Below are positions 25,746 to 28,342 of a stretch of DNA of 28,342 nucleotides, in pieces; position 1 is the stretch's first letter, and each line of letters starts with the position of its first letter. The notes beneath the pieces were generated by a model, which saw only the letters and a program-made list of their open reading frames with translations, had not been told where the DNA came from and searched no databases. The stretch is from positions 1 through 28,342 of the forward strand of contig VAWV01000061.1 in NCBI GenBank assembly GCA_005883295.1, written 5' to 3'. The DNA is from Actinomycetota bacterium (GTDB taxonomy: Bacteria > Actinomycetota > Thermoleophilia > Solirubrobacterales > Thermoleophilaceae). The translations under genes and the position numbers were made by a program.

Positions 25746-26550
25746 CCGGACCGCCGGGGTCCGCAGCCCCGAGCCGCTCCAGGGCCCGCTGTATCACCTC
25801 GTAGTCGTGGGCCAGCACGCGTCCGTCCACGCCGTCCACCCCACTCCCCGGCAGCGAGTGGACCCATGGAAGTCGTCCCGCCGGCAGGCGGAACAGGACG
25901 CTCCCGTGAGCGCGGCGCTCCATTGACGCTCCCTGCGCCGCCGGCACCAGCGGGTCGTCGTCCGCGTATAGCAGGAACAGGCGCGCCGGCATCCTCGGTC
26001 GCCACAGGCGCACCGGGCTCGCGCGGGCCAGGGCGGCGCGGCCCTGACCGAAGACGGCCGACAGCGTGCGCGTGACGAATGCGCGCGTGGGTCGATCCCG
26101 CACCTCCGATGGCCACGCCGGCAGGTCCGTCGGCGCCGCGGCGGCGACCACGCAGCGAAGCCGGGAGCGCCTGACAGCGAGCACGAGTGCCCAGTAGCCG
26201 CCGCTGGACTCGCCATACGCGCATATCGGCGAAGCGCCGTAGCGCTGCTCCGCGTAGTCGAACGTGGCGACGACGTCCGCGAGGCCGGCGCGCCCATTGC
26301 GGTAGGTGGACGTCAGCGCGCGCCAGCCCCAACCGCGCACCGCGGCGGGGCCCTCCGCCGCCCAGCCGCCCTTGTGGAACAGCAGGATGGTCCCTCGCAC
26401 GGATCCGGCCGGGGGTGAGAGCAGCTCGGCGTACTCGCGGCCCACGGTCATCACTCGGAGCCCCTCGAGGGATCGCTCGTGCCCGCCGCACCCCGCGATC
26501 ACGGTTGCCACGAGCGCCGCGCACGCAAGGTTGTAGCGGGAGGTGATCAC
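25738..26550 (-). CDS. Alpha/beta-hydrolase (esterase-like) with predicted lipoprotein signal
   Basis: Signal MITSRYNLACAALVATVIAG-C (lipobox IAGC). FHKGGW oxyanion-type motif, GESSGG nucleophile elbow, ADDPLVP (Asp), PWVHS (His). Confidence 0.72.
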   Translation of the reverse strand: MITSRYNLACAALVATVIAGCGGHERSLEGLRVMTVGREYAELLSPPAGSVRGTILLFHKGGWAAEGPAAVRGWGWRALTSTYRNGRAGLADVVATFDYAEQRYGASPICAYGESSGGYWALVLAVRRSRLRCVVAAAAPTDLPAWPSEVRDRPTRAFVTRTLSAVFGQGRAALARASPVRLWRPRMPARLFLLYADDDPLVPAAQGASMERRAHGSVLFRLPAGRLPWVHSLPGSGVDGVDGRVLAHDYEVIQRALERLGAADPGGPAT

Positions 26551-26620
26551 CCCGGCTCGGTGGCGATCGTAGCCTCAGGCGGGCTCCCGCCGTGCGGGTC
26601 CGCCTTATTCTCCTGCCGCC

Positions 26621-28342
26621 GTGTCCCCCTCCGAGTACGCGGCCGGCTGCTTCTTCGCGCTCCTCACCGGCGGCGCAGCGCTTGCAACGGCCGTCCTGAT
26701 CGCCCGCCGCTCGATGCCGGCGATACGCGGCTCGGCTCGCGTCGTGGCGCTGGGTCTCCTCTTCACGGCTGCGTTTGTCGTGGCCCATCTCGTGCCAGCG
26801 GCGCTGGCGGTCCTGTCGCGCTGGACGGTGGCCGCCGCAGCGCTCGCGGAGGTCACGATCGCGTGGTGGGCGGTGCGACACGGACCTGCGAAGGCCCGAG
26901 CTCCCAGCGCAGCCCCCGAGCGCAGGTCTGGATCTCGGCTGTCCGGCGCGATCGCGGCCATCGGCGTCAGCCTCCTCGGGGGCTGGATCGTGGCGGCCAC
27001 CCATTCCCGCGGCGTCACCGCCATCAACTCGATCGACCTCCTGACGTTCAACCTGCCGCTGCTCGGGCGCTGGATGCAGGACCACAGCCTGTGGCAGCTC
27101 GCGGACTACTTCCCGCTCCAGTCGCACGGGAGCTATCCGCACGACGGCGACCTGGTGATCCTCGGCTCGATGCTGCCGTGGCGGTCCGACTTCCTTGTGC
27201 GGTTCGTGCAGTACCCGTTCTTCGCGCTCGCCGGGACCGCGGTGTACGCGCTGGGGCGGGAGCTGCGCGTCGGGCCTCCCGCAGCGCTGCTCGCCGCGTC
27301 CGCATGCGTGGCGATCCCGGCTATGTCCTACACCGCGTTCCTCATCGCGCTGCCCGACACCGTGCTGCTCGCGGCGCTCGCGGGAGGCGCGCTCTTCCTC
27401 GTGAGGCACTCGCGCACCGGCGCGCGGGCGGACCTGGTGCTCGCGGGCCTCGGGTTCGGGATCGCGTTCGGCACCAAGTGGTACGGACCGACCACCATCG
27501 GCGTCGTGCTGGCCGTCTGGACCGGTGCTTCGTGGCTCGCGGGGCGGCGAGTCCGCCGAATCGTGGCCGACGGGGGGATCCTCGTGGCGCTCACGCTCGC
27601 ATTGGGCGGCTTCTGGCTCGTCCGAAACGCGATCGAGTACGGGAACCCGGTCTTCCCGGCCACCGTTCGCGCGTTCGGCGTGACCCTGTTCTCGAGCCCG
27701 CCCGACGTCGCCCGGCGCCAGGTCGGTTTCACGCTCGCCCACTACATCGGGAACGCATCCGTCTGGCGGCACGCGATCTGGCCCGGGCTCCGCGCGGCCT
27801 TCGGGCTCGGTGGAGCGATGCTCCTCGGCGGATCCGTGGTCGCGGTCCTGGCGCAGCTGGTGCGGGTGGTGCGCCGCCGCGCCGCGCGCGAGACCGTGCT
27901 GGCCGTTGTGCTCGCGGGGACGGCGCTGCTCCTCACGGCCCTCTACCTGGTGACGCCCGACTCCGCGCTCGGCCCGCCGGGTCATCCCGACGTGCTCCCG
28001 AACGCGCGCTACGGCATGCCCGCGATGCTCATGGCCGCCCCCGTGCTCGCTTGGCTGGCGGGCCGGATTGGAAGACTCGGACTCGCCCTCGAGCTCTTGA
28101 TGCTCGCCGCGATCGTGGACGCTCTGGGTCGCCGCGGGCTGAATACGGGGACAGGCGCCGCGCTGCTGGCGTCCGTCGCTTGCCTGGCCGTGATCGGCGC
28201 CGTACGAGCGGCGCGGCGCTGGCCCTGGCGGTCCCTGCTGCCCGCGCGCCGGCCGGGACCTTTCGCGGTGGCCGTCCTCGTCCTCGCCGTTGCCGCCGTC
28301 GGCTACCGCGAGCAGCGGCAGTTCTTCAAGTACCGCTATCGC
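26621..28342 (+). CDS. GT-C fold membrane glycosyltransferase (ArnT/PMT-like); runs off window end, absent from ORF track
   Basis: Manual translation from GTG 26621 (MSPSEYAAGCFFALLTGG...) is open to 28342. SIDLLTFNLP..RWMQ, GSYP, LPD, GIAFGTKWYG, GGFWLVRNAIEYGNPVFP, NARY; many TM helices. Confidence 0.75.
   Translation, partial: MSPSEYAAGCFFALLTGGAALATAVLIARRSMPAIRGSARVVALGLLFTAAFVVAHLVPAALAVLSRWTVAAAALAEVTIAWWAVRHGPAKARAPSAAPERRSGSRLSGAIAAIGVSLLGGWIVAATHSRGVTAINSIDLLTFNLPLLGRWMQDHSLWQLADYFPLQSHGSYPHDGDLVILGSMLPWRSDFLVRFVQYPFFALAGTAVYALGRELRVGPPAALLAASACVAIPAMSYTAFLIALPDTVLLAALAGGALFLVRHSRTGARADLVLAGLGFGIAFGTKWYGPTTIGVVLAVWTGASWLAGRRVRRIVADGGILVALTLALGGFWLVRNAIEYGNPVFPATVRAFGVTLFSSPPDVARRQVGFTLAHYIGNASVWRHAIWPGLRAAFGLGGAMLLGGSVVAVLAQLVRVVRRRAARETVLAVVLAGTALLLTALYLVTPDSALGPPGHPDVLPNARYGMPAMLMAAPVLAWLAGRIGRLGLALELLMLAAIVDALGRRGLNTGTGAALLASVACLAVIGAVRAARRWPWRSLLPARRPGPFAVAVLVLAVAAVGYREQRQFFKYRYR

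Noticed and set aside
26306-26390. Possible ~10-aa deletion in the hydrolase between GGW and TYR
   Set aside because: The spacing looks short from memory, but it cannot be supported without an alignment.
25643-27985. 780-aa minus-strand ORF
   Set aside because: Arg/Gly/Pro-rich, no motifs; antisense shadow of the GT-C gene, typical of high-GC DNA.
1-28342. tRNA/rRNA, CRISPR arrays, IS elements, integrases, defence systems
   Set aside because: No cloverleaf, spaced repeat array, transposase/integrase motif or terminal inverted repeats were seen.

Overview
GC-rich bacterial DNA (about 70% by eye). The gene style suggests Actinomycetota, plausibly Thermoleophilia/Solirubrobacterales; this is inference only. 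Bases 1-3662 are housekeeping: hisIE-trpE-trpG on the minus strand and a divergent amidase. Bases 3659-28342 form a large Wzx/Wzy-type surface-glycan locus. It contains Wzy/O-antigen-ligase-like, Wzz-Wzc kinase, Wzx, four GT2, one GT4, two GT-C membrane glycosyltransferases, RmlC, RmlD, an NDP-sugar SDR, four SAM methyltransferases, two hexapeptide (LbH) acyltransferases and a lipoprotein alpha/beta-hydrolase. The most striking element is embedded in the glycan genes at 15184-19109: a stand-alone adenylation enzyme with a proline-type pocket code (DLFYLALVCK, read by eye), a prolyl-carrier-protein-dehydrogenase-like ACAD, a small carrier protein missing from the ORF track, and a coupled family-2 methyltransferase. 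This matches the type II NRPS 'pyrrole starter' triad of antibiotic pathways, but no PKS or NRPS acceptor is in view. It may supply a proline-derived (pyrrolyl or N-methylprolyl) acyl group to a surface glycan. Several lesions are visible: the carrier has no ATG/GTG/TTG start, the ACAD lacks a conserved FAD-binding segment, wzx is frameshifted, and one methyltransferase has no nearby stop. The locus switches strand repeatedly, with many apparently leaderless, back-to-back promoters. No RNA genes, CRISPR arrays or mobile elements were seen.
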